Shown here: positions 1-11,544 of the stretch, piece by piece
Numbering within the stretch: the stretch's first letter is position 1
Layout: every line of letters starts with the position of its first letter
Assembly (NCBI GenBank): GCA_041650295.1
Contig: JBAZLM010000002.1
Span: 118,911-182,910, forward strand
Direction of reading: 5' to 3'
Length of the DNA: 64,000 nt
From: Candidatus Omnitrophota bacterium
GTDB taxonomy: Bacteria; Omnitrophota; Gorgyraeia; Gygaellales; Profunditerraquicolaceae
Made by a program: the position numbers and the translations under genes
The notes under the pieces: generated by a model
What the model saw: only the letters and a program-made list of their open reading frames with translations
Database searches by the model: none
What the model was told of the DNA's origin: nothing

Positions 1-1
1 G

Positions 2-190
2 CTAATTGATAAATTAGAAGAGAGTACGTTTCATGCTAAGATTATTGTAAAAACCGCTAGCAAAGAGATTAAAAGTATTGATGCTCGGCCTAGTGATAGT
101 ATTGCTTTAGCGGTAAGAAGTCATGCCCCGATATTTGTTGAGGATTCGATTATTCAGCAGTACGAGGCCTTTAATAAGGACAAGCAGTAA
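2..190 (+). CDS. C-terminal fragment (start lies outside the window) of a bifunctional-nuclease (BFN/DUF151) domain protein
   Basis: In-frame translation ending at TAA 188-190 reads '...HAKIIVKTASKEIKSIDARPSDSIALAVRSHAPIFVEDSII...', which matches the 'ARPSDAIALALR..APIYV' signature of the BFN domain family. Confidence 0.45.
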   Translation, partial: LIDKLEESTFHAKIIVKTASKEIKSIDARPSDSIALAVRSHAPIFVEDSIIQQYEAFNKDKQ

Positions 191-210
191 ATATCCTTCC
201 GTAAATACCT

Positions 211-1656
211 ATGTTCAAATTTGCCAAAACTGATCAGGATCTCTTAAAGCCTATTTATAATTTTGCTCAGTCTAAAAAGGTTAAATTATATTTAGTTGGC
301 GGAGCGCTGCGTGATTTAATTTTAAAAAGAAAAAAAGAAAATCCGGATTTTGATTTTTGTTTAAAGAGTGGAGCTTTAAGTTTTGGGCAAAAGTTGGCCA
401 AGCAGCTAAGAGCAGCCTATGTTATTTTAGATCAAGAGCATGCTGCTTGTCGTTTAGTGAAAAGAATCGGGGATAAGCTTTATACCTTTGATTTTACTGA
501 TTTTCGAGCGCCCACTATAGAAAAAGATCTGTTACATCGTGATTTTACGATCAACTCTATGGCTTTAAAACTAGCAGATGTTTTTTCTAATGCGGATTTA
601 AATAAAACAATTATTGATCCTTATTTTGGGCGAGAAGATCTTTGTCATAAAACGATTAAAGTTACCGCTGAAAAATCTTTTAGTGAAGATCCTTTAAGGA
701 TTTTACGGGCTTTTAGTTTTAGCTGCATGCTGGGTTTTAATTTAGATAAGCAGACCTTACGTTTAGCTAAACAAGAGAAAAATAAAATTAGTACAGTTTC
801 TAGTGAACGTATCCGAGAAGAGTTATTTAAAATTTTCGATAGTTCTCTGGCCCACACTTCTTTTGTAACTTTAGATAAATTAAAAATTTTAGATATTATT
901 TTTCCGGAGATTAAACCGATGCGTAACATCGGTCAAGGGCCGTATCATCATCTAGATGTTTGGCAGCATACTTTGGAGACTTTAAATCAGTTTGAATTAA
1001 TTTTAAAAACGGTAAAGCTTAATCCTCAAATAAATAGTTATTTAGAAGCTGAGGTTTCGGGGCTACGTAAACGAGCTAGTCTTTTAAAGTTTGCTTGTAT
1101 ATTGCATGATGTGGGTAAGCCTAAGGCATTGCGCAGAGAAAAGGGGAAGATTATTTTTCATGGTCATGAAAGAGTGGGGTTAGGGCTTACCCGGGTTATT
1201 GCGCGTCGTTTAAAATTATCTAATGAAGAGTGTCGCTCTTTAGAACGGATTGTGCTTTGGCATTTAAGGCCGGGGTATTTGGCTGATAATCAAACGCCCA
1301 CTAAACGGGCAATTTTTAGATATTTTCGGGATACCGGTAGCGATGCATTAGCGGTGCTTCTATTATCGCTAGCCGATCAGCGTGCCACTAAGGGGCCATT
1401 AACTACGGCGTTGTCGCGGGTGAATCATGAAAAAACAGTGAAATCTTTAATTCGTAAATTGTTAAAGAAAAATAGTGAAAAGAAATTGGTACGCTTGCTT
1501 AATGGTAATGATATTATGAAGAAATTTAAATTAGCGGCGTCACCACTTGTCGGAAAAGTGCTTAGCACCTTAGAAGAGGCGCAGGCAATTGGAAAAATTA
1601 AAAATAAAAAAGAGGCATTTGTCTTAGCTGCTAAAATTATTAATAAAGGAAAATGA
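211..1656 (+). CDS. cca: CCA-adding tRNA nucleotidyltransferase / poly(A) polymerase family protein with an HD domain
   Basis: N-terminal 'LYLVGGALRDLIL' pol-beta nucleotidyltransferase motif. 'RDFTINSMA' head-domain motif. 'ILHDVGKP' HD-domain motif. 481 aa. Confidence 0.75.
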   Translation: MFKFAKTDQDLLKPIYNFAQSKKVKLYLVGGALRDLILKRKKENPDFDFCLKSGALSFGQKLAKQLRAAYVILDQEHAACRLVKRIGDKLYTFDFTDFRAPTIEKDLLHRDFTINSMALKLADVFSNADLNKTIIDPYFGREDLCHKTIKVTAEKSFSEDPLRILRAFSFSCMLGFNLDKQTLRLAKQEKNKISTVSSERIREELFKIFDSSLAHTSFVTLDKLKILDIIFPEIKPMRNIGQGPYHHLDVWQHTLETLNQFELILKTVKLNPQINSYLEAEVSGLRKRASLLKFACILHDVGKPKALRREKGKIIFHGHERVGLGLTRVIARRLKLSNEECRSLERIVLWHLRPGYLADNQTPTKRAIFRYFRDTGSDALAVLLLSLADQRATKGPLTTALSRVNHEKTVKSLIRKLLKKNSEKKLVRLLNGNDIMKKFKLAASPLVGKVLSTLEEAQAIGKIKNKKEAFVLAAKIINKGK

Positions 1657-4088
1657 AGAAATTCATTATTATTGTATTAATATTATTACTAGTTCTGGTT
1701 GGAGGTCTGACCTACCTAAATAAAGTAGTTCTTCCTGTTAAGTTAAAATCCCTGATTATTACAACTCTAGTAAAGCAAACCGGTAAAGATGTATCATTAA
1801 AATCTGTAGAATTTAGCCTTTTTCGTGGGCTAATTCTGCGGGATTTAGTAATTTCAGACACTCAAAATGTAATTTTAAGTACTCGCCAAGCCAGTGCTAG
1901 TATATTTGTCTGGCCGATTTTTAAAAAACAAATTATTATTCCTGGAATAACATTGAGGAGTCCGTATATTTTCTTAGAGCGCAAAAATGATGGAAGTTTT
2001 AATTTAGCAGATCTTTTTGCAGTTCCTGATGTTGCAGAAAAAAAACAAGATTTTGCTATCACGGTACTTAAAGTTAGTGTTACTAATGGTGATGTTGTTT
2101 ATCAGGATGATACCTTAGCGCAGAAATTTAAAAAAGAAATTAAAAATATTCAACTTAATTTGAATTTGGGGTTACCGGCAAGCGTAAAATTTAATTTTAA
2201 AGGGGAGATACTTTCTACTCCAGTTGTGTTTATTAGTGCTTCTGGTCAATATAGAATTTTAACCCAAGAATTAAGCAGTGAAATCGCCATTAAGAATCTA
2301 CCCCCTAAAGAATTTGCCGCTTATTATGAAGGCCTGAATAATCTAGCTTCTGGGTTACTTGATTTGCGTGCAGGGATCAATCTAAGAGATCAAATTTTAC
2401 AAGCTACGCTTAATGTTAAAGGAGAAAGCCTAGTTTTAGAGAAAGATAAATTAAAAGCTAAATTAAATTCTGGGTTGCAGATTAAGGTTGACTATAATTT
2501 GCAAACTAAAAAAACGGTTTTTGATGGATTTTGTAATATTTGGCAGGCTGATATTACAGGAATAGATTTATTGGGCGAGATAAAAAATTTACATGGAAAA
2601 TTTTCTTTTAATCAGCGGTCTTTGCTAGCGGATAGTTTAAAAGCTGAGCTTTGGGGGGTGCCTTTTGAGATAAAATTAGGAATTAAAGATTTCAATACTC
2701 TAGTATTAAATTTAAAAACTGATTTTAATTTAAATATTTTACCGACAATTGCTAAAGATAAATTTAATTCTGCTTTAATTAATGCCGCTAGCGGTAAAGC
2801 AGATCTTTTGATCACAGCTTATCCAGATGATGCAGGTATTTGGAGGGTGCAGGGCGAGCTTAAGGTTGCTGAGGCAAATTTAAAATTGGATAAGCAGGAT
2901 AAGCCAATAGAAAATATTTCTGGGATTATTGAGTTTAGCCAAGATGGATTAAGCTGGAAAGATACTAAATTTAATTATCAGGGAGTTAATTACCAAAGTA
3001 ATGGGTCACTATCTGATTTTAAAGCTCCTAATATTAATTTAAAACTTTTTGCTGAAGAGCTGTCATTAACTACCGATTTTAGTTTATTAGGTAAAAAAAT
3101 AAAAATTAACGAGCTTAAGGGTAAGTATCTTGATTCGCAATTTTTAATTAATGGTACGGTAGATGACTTTGATACTGTCAATTTGTCAGTAGATTTAGGG
3201 GGGAATGTTAATTTTGAGCTTAGTAGTATTGCTAAGTTGTTGGAAAAACAAAACCCGGCAATAAAATCAATGCAATTGACAGGCCAGCTGTCTGCCCAAT
3301 TTAATTTTAATGGCCATCCCAATGATTTTAAAAATTGTTACTTACAAGCAAAGTTAAGTAGTAATAATTTTTCTATGTATGGATTAAATCTGCAGGGTTT
3401 GGGGGTAGATTTTTTACTAGATCAAAAAGTAGTAAGAATACCAGATATTAAAATTAATTTTTATGACGGTTTGATCGAAGCGGTAGGTTCTTTGAATCTT
3501 GATGCAGCTAACCCGCCTTATCAACTAGATTTAAAGGCTAGCGGAATTAATTTAGAAAAACTTAAGAATGATACTGCTTCTAAAAATAAAAAGATATCGG
3601 GAACTTTATCGGGTGAGCTAAAGCTTAACGGCTATCAAAATGATCTTAATAAACTTAGTGGATCCGGAAAGTTTTCTATTCTAGAGGGTAATCTTTGGGA
3701 GCTTAATTTGTTACAAGGTTTAGGTAAATTATTATTTACTAAAGATTTAGGTAATATTAAATTTTCGCAATGTGATGCAAATTTTATGATAAAAGATAAA
3801 GCTGTTTTTACTGATAGTTTAAAGTTGATAAGTAGTTTAGTTAATTTTTCTGGGCCTCTAAGAATAGGTTTTGATGGTTCATTAGATGGGGCACTGGATG
3901 CAGAGATTACCAGTGATATGGTCCCGGTAACTGGAACTTTTAAAGATATTACCACTGCGATTATCGGTAGCTCAGGAAAATTTGGTTTAGTTAAATTAAG
4001 CGGTACACTTAAAGAACCTAAGTATAATTTTAAACCGGCAGTAAATAATATTATTAAAGGTTTAGCGGATGTATTTTTTGGAAAATAA
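1653..4088 (+). CDS. AsmA-family outer-membrane biogenesis protein
   Basis: Single N-terminal TM helix 'IIIVLILLLVLVGGL'. Followed by about 780 aa of N/S/G/K-rich repetitive beta-strand sequence typical of the AsmA/TamB-like family. 4-nt overlap with the upstream gene. Confidence 0.6.
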   Translation: MKKFIIIVLILLLVLVGGLTYLNKVVLPVKLKSLIITTLVKQTGKDVSLKSVEFSLFRGLILRDLVISDTQNVILSTRQASASIFVWPIFKKQIIIPGITLRSPYIFLERKNDGSFNLADLFAVPDVAEKKQDFAITVLKVSVTNGDVVYQDDTLAQKFKKEIKNIQLNLNLGLPASVKFNFKGEILSTPVVFISASGQYRILTQELSSEIAIKNLPPKEFAAYYEGLNNLASGLLDLRAGINLRDQILQATLNVKGESLVLEKDKLKAKLNSGLQIKVDYNLQTKKTVFDGFCNIWQADITGIDLLGEIKNLHGKFSFNQRSLLADSLKAELWGVPFEIKLGIKDFNTLVLNLKTDFNLNILPTIAKDKFNSALINAASGKADLLITAYPDDAGIWRVQGELKVAEANLKLDKQDKPIENISGIIEFSQDGLSWKDTKFNYQGVNYQSNGSLSDFKAPNINLKLFAEELSLTTDFSLLGKKIKINELKGKYLDSQFLINGTVDDFDTVNLSVDLGGNVNFELSSIAKLLEKQNPAIKSMQLTGQLSAQFNFNGHPNDFKNCYLQAKLSSNNFSMYGLNLQGLGVDFLLDQKVVRIPDIKINFYDGLIEAVGSLNLDAANPPYQLDLKASGINLEKLKNDTASKNKKISGTLSGELKLNGYQNDLNKLSGSGKFSILEGNLWELNLLQGLGKLLFTKDLGNIKFSQCDANFMIKDKAVFTDSLKLISSLVNFSGPLRIGFDGSLDGALDAEITSDMVPVTGTFKDITTAIIGSSGKFGLVKLSGTLKEPKYNFKPAVNNIIKGLADVFFGK

Positions 4089-4101
4089 CTAAGGAGAAAA
4101 A

Positions 4102-5496
4102 ATGCTTGCGAAAAATAAAATTTTTCTAGATGAGAAGGATATCCCCCGACAGTGGTATAATTTGGCTGCAGATCTGCCTACACCTATGCAACCGCCATTG
4201 GCCCCTAATGGTATACCGTTAACTCCAGAGATGTTAGAAAAAGTCTTTCCTGGCAATATTATTGAGCAGGAGATGAGTCAAAAGCGCTGGATCGATATTC
4301 CTGAGGAGATTTTAGAGATTTTAACTTTATGGCGTCCAGCACCATTACGCAGAGCTCGGGCTTTAGAGAAATATTTAAAAACTCCGGCGCATATTTATTA
4401 TAAAGATGAAAGTGTGAGTCCGGCCGGAAGTCATAAACCTAATACTGCTGTAGCACAGGCTTGGTACAATAAAAAATTTGGGATTAAAAGATTAACTACA
4501 GAAACCGGAGCCGGACAGTGGGGGAGCGCTTTGGCGTTTGCTTGTAATTTAATTGGCTTAGAGTGTAAGGTTTATATGGTGCGTATTAGCTTTGATCAGA
4601 AACCTATGCGTAAAATTATGATGCAAACCTGGGGAGCGCAGTGTGTAGCCAGTCCTAGTATACATACTCACATCGGAAGAGAAATTCTTAAAAAAATGCC
4701 ACATACTCCGGGAAGTTTAGGGATTGCTATTAGTGAGGCGGTAGAAGATGCAGTCAGTGATAAAAGTGGTAAATCTCGCTATACATTGGGCAGTGTTTTA
4801 AATCATGTCTTATTGCATCAGACCATTATTGGTTTAGAAGCTAAAAAACAATTAAAGATTGCCGGTGAGAAAAAGCCAGATGTTGTGATTGGTTGTGTGG
4901 GTGGTGGAAGTAACTTCGCTGGTATTGCCTTTCCATTTATTAATGATAAGATTCATGGCGAAAAGATAGAAATTATTCCGGTTGAGCCGACGGCCTGCCC
5001 GACTTTAACTAAAGGTCCATTTGCCTATGATTTCGGTGATACGGCGGGATTAACTCCGTTATTGCCGATGTTTACATTAGGACATGGTTTTGTACCTGAA
5101 CCCATTCATGCTGGAGGTCTACGTTATCATGGGATGGCACCTCTGGTAAGTCAGGCGGCAGTTGAGGGGTTAATTACTCCGCGCTCTTATGATCAGATTA
5201 AATGTTATGAGTCGGCACTGCTTTGGGCAAAAACGGAAGGAACCATTTGCGCTCCAGAGACTAGTCATGCGATTGCTTGTGCCATTGATGAAGCAAAGAA
5301 AGCTAAAAAGGAAGGTAAACAGAAAGTAATTTTATTTTGTTACAGTGGTCACGGTTTAATGGATTTAGTTGGTTATGATAAGTTTATGACTGGTAAATTA
5401 ACGGCATATTCTATGCCGAAACATAAAATTGAAGCTTCACTTTGTGCTTTGAAGAAATTTCCTAAAGTTAAAAGAGTAAAAACAGGAAAGTGGTAA
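4102..5496 (+). CDS. TrpB-like PLP-dependent enzyme (tryptophan synthase beta chain type 2, TrpB2 family)
   Basis: '[23 protein letters not shown]', '[11 protein letters not shown]' (PLP lysine region) and '[12 protein letters not shown]'. Length 464 aa is typical of TrpB2. RBS AAGGAG upstream. Confidence 0.75.
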   Translation: MLAKNKIFLDEKDIPRQWYNLAADLPTPMQPPLAPNGIPLTPEMLEKVFPGNIIEQEMSQKRWIDIPEEILEILTLWRPAPLRRARALEKYLKTPAHIYYKDESVSPAGSHKPNTAVAQAWYNKKFGIKRLTTETGAGQWGSALAFACNLIGLECKVYMVRISFDQKPMRKIMMQTWGAQCVASPSIHTHIGREILKKMPHTPGSLGIAISEAVEDAVSDKSGKSRYTLGSVLNHVLLHQTIIGLEAKKQLKIAGEKKPDVVIGCVGGGSNFAGIAFPFINDKIHGEKIEIIPVEPTACPTLTKGPFAYDFGDTAGLTPLLPMFTLGHGFVPEPIHAGGLRYHGMAPLVSQAAVEGLITPRSYDQIKCYESALLWAKTEGTICAPETSHAIACAIDEAKKAKKEGKQKVILFCYSGHGLMDLVGYDKFMTGKLTAYSMPKHKIEASLCALKKFPKVKRVKTGKW

Positions 5497-5499
5497 GCT

Positions 5500-5916
5500 A
5501 TGAAAACATATACTCAAGAGTTGTTTTTCAATACGCAAAAGCGATATGATTTTATTAATATTACTGAGCAAGTAGAAGCAGCGTTGAGTAAAAGCGGAAT
5601 TAAAGAAGGATTATGTTTAGTTAATCCGATGCATATTACCGCTAGTGTTTTTATTAATGATGATGAAAGTGGGCTGCATAAAGATTTTGCTGTGTGGCTA
5701 GAGAAATTAGCGCCGTTTGGCAAAGATAAATATCAGCATAATTTAACTGGGGAGGATAATGCCGATGCGCATTTGAAGCGCACGATTATGGGTCGGGAGG
5801 TAGTGGTGGCGGTGACCGACGGCAAGTTGCATTTTGGCCCCTGGGAGCAGATCTTTTACGGTGAGTTTGACGGCCAACGTAAGAAAAAAGTATTGATCAA
5901 AATTATCGGAGAATAA
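5500..5916 (+). CDS. YjbQ/UPF0047 family protein (secondary thiamine-phosphate synthase-like)
   Basis: 138 aa. 'FINITEQV...[24 protein letters not shown]' and '[18 protein letters not shown]' match the YjbQ family. Confidence 0.7.
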   Translation: MKTYTQELFFNTQKRYDFINITEQVEAALSKSGIKEGLCLVNPMHITASVFINDDESGLHKDFAVWLEKLAPFGKDKYQHNLTGEDNADAHLKRTIMGREVVVAVTDGKLHFGPWEQIFYGEFDGQRKKKVLIKIIGE

Positions 5917-5919
5917 TTA

Positions 5920-8109
5920 GTGCGTAAAATATCGGTCTTAAATGTCATTACATTTTTATCCGCTTTTCTTTTGTTCCAAATCGAATTGATCATCTCTAAA
6001 TTTTTGTTGCCGTATTTCGGGGGTAGCTACCTGGTCTGGGGGGCTTGCGTAGTTTTCTTCCAAGCAACATTATTTTTAGGTTATTTCTTTTCCTATGTTT
6101 TTTTGCAGAAGATCGGGATTAGGCGCCTGCTACCGGTTTATCTGATCTTATACCTTTTGCCTTTATTGGTTTTTCCGGGTAAGGCTTTACCTGCCGTCGG
6201 CCATTTTAATTTTCCTTTAGTTATTAGCGTTTTCTGGCAGTTGGTGTTATTGATCGGTGCGGTTTTTTTTGTGCTTTCTACCAGCAGCGTTATCTTGCAA
6301 TCTTGGCTGGCCAGCAGCGAATTATCAGAACGCAAGAATCCTTATACCCTTTATGCCGTCTCGAACTTCGGATCATTTGCGGCGCTAATCAGCTATCCTT
6401 TTTTCTTTGAGTTTTTTTTAAGTCTGGATCAACAGCTTCTCTTTTGGCGGATAATTTATTTTTTATTAGCCGGGCTGGTTATTTATGCCGTATGGACAAT
6501 CAAGGTTAATACCGAAAATAAGCCGTCAAAACTTTGGGATAGGCAAGGTATCCTTTGGCAGGATATTTTACAATGGCTATTGTTCAGCTGTGCCGGGGTG
6601 ATTATGTTTCTTTCGGTCACCAATATCCTTACTTATGAAATTGCTCCGGTGCCTTTATTGTGGGTCATTCCGTTATGTATCTACCTTATTTCTTTTGTTT
6701 TGAATTTTAAACGCTCGAGCTGGTCACCGGCCTGGGTAGAGGATAAGTTTTATCTGACTTTTGCCTGGAGCATAATTTTATTTTTTATTACGATCATGCG
6801 GATCTTGCCGCTGGCGATCGGGATATTGGCAATCTGCTGGTTTTTATTCCATAGTTGCATGTTTTGTCAGCGCCGGTTGTATAAACTTAAACCGGTTAAT
6901 TTAACCGGTCTTGCGTTGTTTTATTTGGTGGTTGCTTTAGGCGGGTTTTTGGGGGGAGTGGTGGCTACCTGGTTGATGCCGTTATTTTCCGTAGTGGTTA
7001 GTGAATATCTCTTAGGCCTGGTGGTTATCGCTTTGGCCTTAGTTTTTGGCGCTAAACCTCAAAAGATCGGCTGGCTAAATACCGTTTTTATAATTTTGGT
7101 TTGTTTTACATTGATTGTCTGGCCGGTTCTTTTTAAAAAGTATAATTTTTTCGGCATAATCATACTTCTATTAGTTTTTAAGATCTGTTTTCAGCGTTTG
7201 ATTAAGAATCCTCCGGCGATTTTATTGAGTATTCTATTAATTTTTATATTTGCTCCCCGGATGTGTTCTTTTTGGGATAACTCCCAGGAGCTCTTTAGCC
7301 ACCGCAATTATTATGGGATTTACCGGGTTTTTGATCAAGGCGATAAAATTGTGTTGATGAACGGAACGACGATGCATGGTTTTCAATTTAAAGATAAGAA
7401 TAAAGAAAAGTTGCCTTTGGCATATTACCATCGCTTAACGCCTATCGGAGATTATTTGAGTTCGGAGAAGGTGGGGGCAAATATCGGTTTAATCGGATTA
7501 GGTACCGGAGCCTTATCTGCTTATATGAACGATCGCCAGGAGGCTGATTTTTTTGAGATTGATCCGGATATGTATTTTATTGCCCGTAATCTATTTACGC
7601 ATTTAAAGTATTCATCAGGCAAGGTTAATTTTATTTTTGGCGATGCCCGGCTTTCCATTCAAGCAGCACCGCTGAAGCGTTATGATCTTTTAGTTGTAGA
7701 TGCTTTTAGCGGGGATGCGATCCCGGTGCACCTTTTAACGGTAGAAGCGATTAAGGAATACAGGCGGCATTTAAAAGATAACGGGATAATTTTTTTTCAT
7801 ACCTCTAATCGCTATCTTAATTTGTCTCCCGTTTTATTTAGTAACGCCAATGATTTAGACGCCTGGGCAGTTTATAAAAATAATCCCGAAGATGTTCCTG
7901 CCGGGCTTTGCCGGACCAGTTGGTTTGCTTTAACCTGGGATAGGGGTTCTTTTGATAAGTTGGTGGATAAGTTTGCCTGGCATAAATGGCTCCCCGGTAA
8001 AAATAAATTGATCCGGCCCTGGACAGATAGATATTCCAATGTACTGATGATTCTGGATTTAAATAATTTTTTAAATTCTTTAAAAGATTTTCGGCCATTT
8101 TATTGGTAG
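5920..8109 (+). CDS. Fused polytopic membrane domain / spermidine synthase-like protein
   Basis: GTG start. N-terminal about 480 aa with at least 12 predicted TM helices. C-terminal '[12 protein letters not shown]...[16 protein letters not shown]...[23 protein letters not shown]' spermidine/spermine synthase fold. Confidence 0.65.
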   Translation: MRKISVLNVITFLSAFLLFQIELIISKFLLPYFGGSYLVWGACVVFFQATLFLGYFFSYVFLQKIGIRRLLPVYLILYLLPLLVFPGKALPAVGHFNFPLVISVFWQLVLLIGAVFFVLSTSSVILQSWLASSELSERKNPYTLYAVSNFGSFAALISYPFFFEFFLSLDQQLLFWRIIYFLLAGLVIYAVWTIKVNTENKPSKLWDRQGILWQDILQWLLFSCAGVIMFLSVTNILTYEIAPVPLLWVIPLCIYLISFVLNFKRSSWSPAWVEDKFYLTFAWSIILFFITIMRILPLAIGILAICWFLFHSCMFCQRRLYKLKPVNLTGLALFYLVVALGGFLGGVVATWLMPLFSVVVSEYLLGLVVIALALVFGAKPQKIGWLNTVFIILVCFTLIVWPVLFKKYNFFGIIILLLVFKICFQRLIKNPPAILLSILLIFIFAPRMCSFWDNSQELFSHRNYYGIYRVFDQGDKIVLMNGTTMHGFQFKDKNKEKLPLAYYHRLTPIGDYLSSEKVGANIGLIGLGTGALSAYMNDRQEADFFEIDPDMYFIARNLFTHLKYSSGKVNFIFGDARLSIQAAPLKRYDLLVVDAFSGDAIPVHLLTVEAIKEYRRHLKDNGIIFFHTSNRYLNLSPVLFSNANDLDAWAVYKNNPEDVPAGLCRTSWFALTWDRGSFDKLVDKFAWHKWLPGKNKLIRPWTDRYSNVLMILDLNNFLNSLKDFRPFYW

Positions 8110-8120
8110 GAGAATATGCG

Positions 8121-9056
8121 ATGAAGATAAAAAATACAGAGATTAAAGTGGTAATGGGCGATATTACTCAACAGCGTGCGGATGTTTTAGTGAATGCTGC
8201 CAATAATAAATTAGTGATGGGCGGGGGAGTAGCAGGAGCAATAAAAAGAAATGGCGGCCAAGTTATTGAGGAGGAGGCGGTAAAAAGGGGACCGATTGAA
8301 ATTGGGCAGGCTGTCGAAACTGGCGCTGGAAAATTAGCAGCAAAATATATAATTCATGCCGCAACTATGGGTATGGATTTTAAGACTGATGAAATTAAAA
8401 TTCGTAATGCTTGTAAGAGTGCTTTAGATTTAGCTAAAGAATTAAAAGTTAGTTCAATTGTTTTTCCGGCCCTAGGTTGTGGAACCGGAGGTTTTCCATT
8501 GTTAGCTTCGGCTAAGATCATGGGTCAGGAAGTATTGAAACATTTGCGCCAAGACCAAACTACTTTAAAAGAAATAATTTTTTGTGTGCAAGACCAGGAA
8601 GCGATTAATATTTTTAATAAAGGGATATTAAGTTATTTAGAGTATGTGACCACTAAGTTATCCGGTGGGCCCTACACGACTGTAGATGTAATTATTGAAT
8701 TGCCTGAAGGGATTGTGATCATCCAACGCAGTAATCCGCCTTTTGGTTGGGCGCTACCTGGTGGATTTGTGGATTATGGGGAAAGTTTAGAGGATGCGGT
8801 AGTGCGCGAAGCTAAAGAAGAGACGAATTTAGATTTGCTGGAAGTTAAACAATTTCATACTTATTCTGATCCTAGTCGCGATCTTAGATTTCATACGATT
8901 GGCACGGTATTTATTGCTCAAGCTAAAGGAGTGCCTTGCGCCGGAGATGATGCTGCAGATTTAAAGATTATTAAATTAAGCGAAATAAATAAGATGCAGT
9001 TTGCTTTTGATCATAAAAAGATTTTAGAGGATTATTTAAAAGCTAAAAACTCTTAG
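8121..9056 (+). CDS. Macro domain (ADP-ribose binding/processing) - NUDIX hydrolase fusion protein
   Basis: N-terminal '[36 protein letters not shown]' Macro signature. C-terminal '[24 protein letters not shown]' Nudix box. ATG at 8121 is preferred over TTG at 8103 because AGGAG at 8108-8112 gives an 8-nt spacer. Confidence 0.7.
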   Translation: MKIKNTEIKVVMGDITQQRADVLVNAANNKLVMGGGVAGAIKRNGGQVIEEEAVKRGPIEIGQAVETGAGKLAAKYIIHAATMGMDFKTDEIKIRNACKSALDLAKELKVSSIVFPALGCGTGGFPLLASAKIMGQEVLKHLRQDQTTLKEIIFCVQDQEAINIFNKGILSYLEYVTTKLSGGPYTTVDVIIELPEGIVIIQRSNPPFGWALPGGFVDYGESLEDAVVREAKEETNLDLLEVKQFHTYSDPSRDLRFHTIGTVFIAQAKGVPCAGDDAADLKIIKLSEINKMQFAFDHKKILEDYLKAKNS

Positions 9057-10933
9057 CCTTCCCGCAGTTGTTTTTCCGCATCAACAATATCGCGATTAAT
9101 TACCCGAATGGTTTCTTTGATCTTATCTTTTAATAGGTAGGAGGCAACCGGAGCTTGTGAAATCTCTCTTAAAACTTGCACACTCATTCTAAAATAGCGC
9201 ACTACTTCACCTTCGTCACAATCGGTCATCTGTAAGGTTGAGTCAAAATTTGTTCCGCGCAGCCAGGCTTCCATACTGGAGCACAGGTGAAAATAGGGGA
9301 GCTTGCTAAAAGGATGAATTTTATAGCGACGTTCTTTGTCTTTGACGCGGTCATAAGTTTCTTCGCATAATCTCTTTAATCTTTGTGTAGATTTAGAAAT
9401 TCCGCAAGGCATACGTTGATTTTTGCGAGGCTCAAAGACTACTGAAGCGGCCACTACCCCTAATCCAAATTCATCCAGTTGTTCCAAAGTATTATCGGCA
9501 TATAGCTCCGATAGAACCAATTCATAACCGTAAATTGTCTTACCAAATTTTCCTTTATCGGTAAGTTTTCCGTCGTGAATATAGCCGGTATCTTTGAGCA
9601 GTCTTAATTTTGCTTCTAATAAATTGAGTGCCTGCTTTTGTTCATTTTTGCGGGATTGGAAATAGTGTAAAGAGAGCGGATAAATTTTAAATAAATCTTC
9701 CTGATATTTTTCATAAAGGTTAAGAATGGTGGCGTATGATGTGTTTAGCTGGCTTCTGACCTCTTCGGGTTGACCGTAAATTATGCGACGCACTTCTTCA
9801 AAAGTCATTCTTTGTGTGTTCACGCGCGTGTAAACAAAACCCTCGTTATCAATGCCGCGTCGCCCGGCACGACCAGCCATCTGATAAAAATCGCGGGTTT
9901 TTAAATTTCTCACATAAGTACCATAAAATTTACGCAGGCCATCAAACATTACCGAACGACTCGGCATATTAATTCCTAAAGCAAAAGTTTCGGTAGTAAA
10001 AATAACTTTTAGTAATCGGCTGGTAAAAAGACGCTCAATTACTTCTTTGAGCGTGGGGAGCATCCCGGCATGATGATAAGCAATTCCACGTTGAACCAGA
10101 GGAAAGAGGAGTTGTGCCGATTGTTCATGAGTTAAATTAAATCTATTTAATAAATCTTCATACATTTGAGTGATTGCTCTGCTTTCTTTAGAGTCTAAAA
10201 ATTTAAAGCCATAAAGATCGTGGGCTAATTCTTCGGCGCGTTTGCGGGAAAAAACAAAATAGATTGCCGGTAAGCCTTCTTTTTCTTGGACGTAGCGAAT
10301 TAATGCGTGCAGACTGCTGGGTTTGCTAGAGCGAATACGCTTGAGATGTTCAATTTTATTGACAATTTCGTTTTGACATTGAAAAAGAAAATGTAAAGGC
10401 ACCGGGCGCTGGTTCTCAATAACTACTTTTACGGTCTTGTCGTGGATGGATTCAATCCATTTAGCAAATTGATCGATGTTGGGAATAGTGGCGGAAAGTC
10501 CCAATAGATTCATGTGTTTAGGTAAGAAGATCAGGGATTCTTCCCAGACGGTGCCGCGTTCAGGATTATCGATATAATGAATTTCGTCAAAGATAATCCA
10601 GGAGTATTTATCTAAACTTCTGGGTTCATCTAAAAGTTTGTTGCGAAAGATCTCGGTAGTCATAATTAAGACCGGAGCGTGCGGATTAATGGAAACATCC
10701 CCGGTAAGAATACCGATATTATCTTGAAATTGACCCTGAAAATCGCGAAATTTTTGATTGGAGAGGGCTTTGATGGGAGCGGTGTAAATTACTCCTAAAT
10801 TATTACGGATCGCTCCTTCAATAATATATTCAGCAATCGCAGTCTTTCCGGCTCCGGTGGGAGCTGAGACGATGACGGAGTGACCGGCATTGATATGGTC
10901 AATAGCTTCTTGTTGAAAACGGTCGTAAATCAT
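9053..10933 (-). CDS. Ski2/HelY-like DEAD/DEAH-box superfamily-2 helicase
   Basis: '[15 protein letters not shown]' Walker A. 'IFDEIHYI' DExH box. 'LGLSATIPN' motif III. '[11 protein letters not shown]' motif VI. C-terminal DSHCT-like region. This is the only gene on the minus strand. Confidence 0.7.
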   Translation of the reverse strand: MIYDRFQQEAIDHINAGHSVIVSAPTGAGKTAIAEYIIEGAIRNNLGVIYTAPIKALSNQKFRDFQGQFQDNIGILTGDVSINPHAPVLIMTTEIFRNKLLDEPRSLDKYSWIIFDEIHYIDNPERGTVWEESLIFLPKHMNLLGLSATIPNIDQFAKWIESIHDKTVKVVIENQRPVPLHFLFQCQNEIVNKIEHLKRIRSSKPSSLHALIRYVQEKEGLPAIYFVFSRKRAEELAHDLYGFKFLDSKESRAITQMYEDLLNRFNLTHEQSAQLLFPLVQRGIAYHHAGMLPTLKEVIERLFTSRLLKVIFTTETFALGINMPSRSVMFDGLRKFYGTYVRNLKTRDFYQMAGRAGRRGIDNEGFVYTRVNTQRMTFEEVRRIIYGQPEEVRSQLNTSYATILNLYEKYQEDLFKIYPLSLHYFQSRKNEQKQALNLLEAKLRLLKDTGYIHDGKLTDKGKFGKTIYGYELVLSELYADNTLEQLDEFGLGVVAASVVFEPRKNQRMPCGISKSTQRLKRLCEETYDRVKDKERRYKIHPFSKLPYFHLCSSMEAWLRGTNFDSTLQMTDCDEGEVVRYFRMSVQVLREISQAPVASYLLKDKIKETIRVINRDIVDAEKQLREG

Positions 10934-10992
10934 AAGATTTATTATAATCTAAATTCATTGATTTATCTAATAATAAATAATATAATAAAACT

Positions 10993-11544
10993 ATGGGATA
11001 TGAGGTGGCCTTTAAAAAAGCTTGGGATGATTTAGCTAACCAAAAGGGGCCCAACAATTTATCGGTAAAGTTTTTAGCAGATGAGTATAGTGTAGATACG
11101 CAAAATAAAGAAGTTATCTCTTTGTCATGCAATGTTGTGGCTAAGGCTTTTTCGAGTATTTTAATTTTGCATTATTTAATGCAAAAATTAAAAGGGTTAC
11201 CGGCATTAACCGGTCAGTGGCTTACTTTTAGAGAACTCTCAGGGGTTGAAGGGTATGCGCAGGCTTATCATCAACGTTCGATTGAGCCGATTATTCGAAA
11301 GTATAGTAAAAATCCAGATGCGCTTAAAAGTGTTTTAGATAGATTTCCCGGGCGTCTTTGCGACGGTGGCGATATAGGCATTATTATTCAAGCTTTTGAA
11401 AATGTTCCCGTGTTAATTAAGTTTTGGAGATCAGATGAAGAGTTTGGTGCGGATGCTAATATCTATTTTGATGCTAGCATAAAAGATATTTTTTGTACTG
11501 AGGATATCGTGGTTTTGGCACAAACAGTGGCTAGTCAATTATGA
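10993..11544 (+). CDS. Hypothetical protein, tentatively DUF3786-like
   Basis: 183 aa soluble protein. The family assignment is from memory only and is weak. In an operon with the downstream nuclease (4-nt overlap). Confidence 0.35.
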   Translation: MGYEVAFKKAWDDLANQKGPNNLSVKFLADEYSVDTQNKEVISLSCNVVAKAFSSILILHYLMQKLKGLPALTGQWLTFRELSGVEGYAQAYHQRSIEPIIRKYSKNPDALKSVLDRFPGRLCDGGDIGIIIQAFENVPVLIKFWRSDEEFGADANIYFDASIKDIFCTEDIVVLAQTVASQL

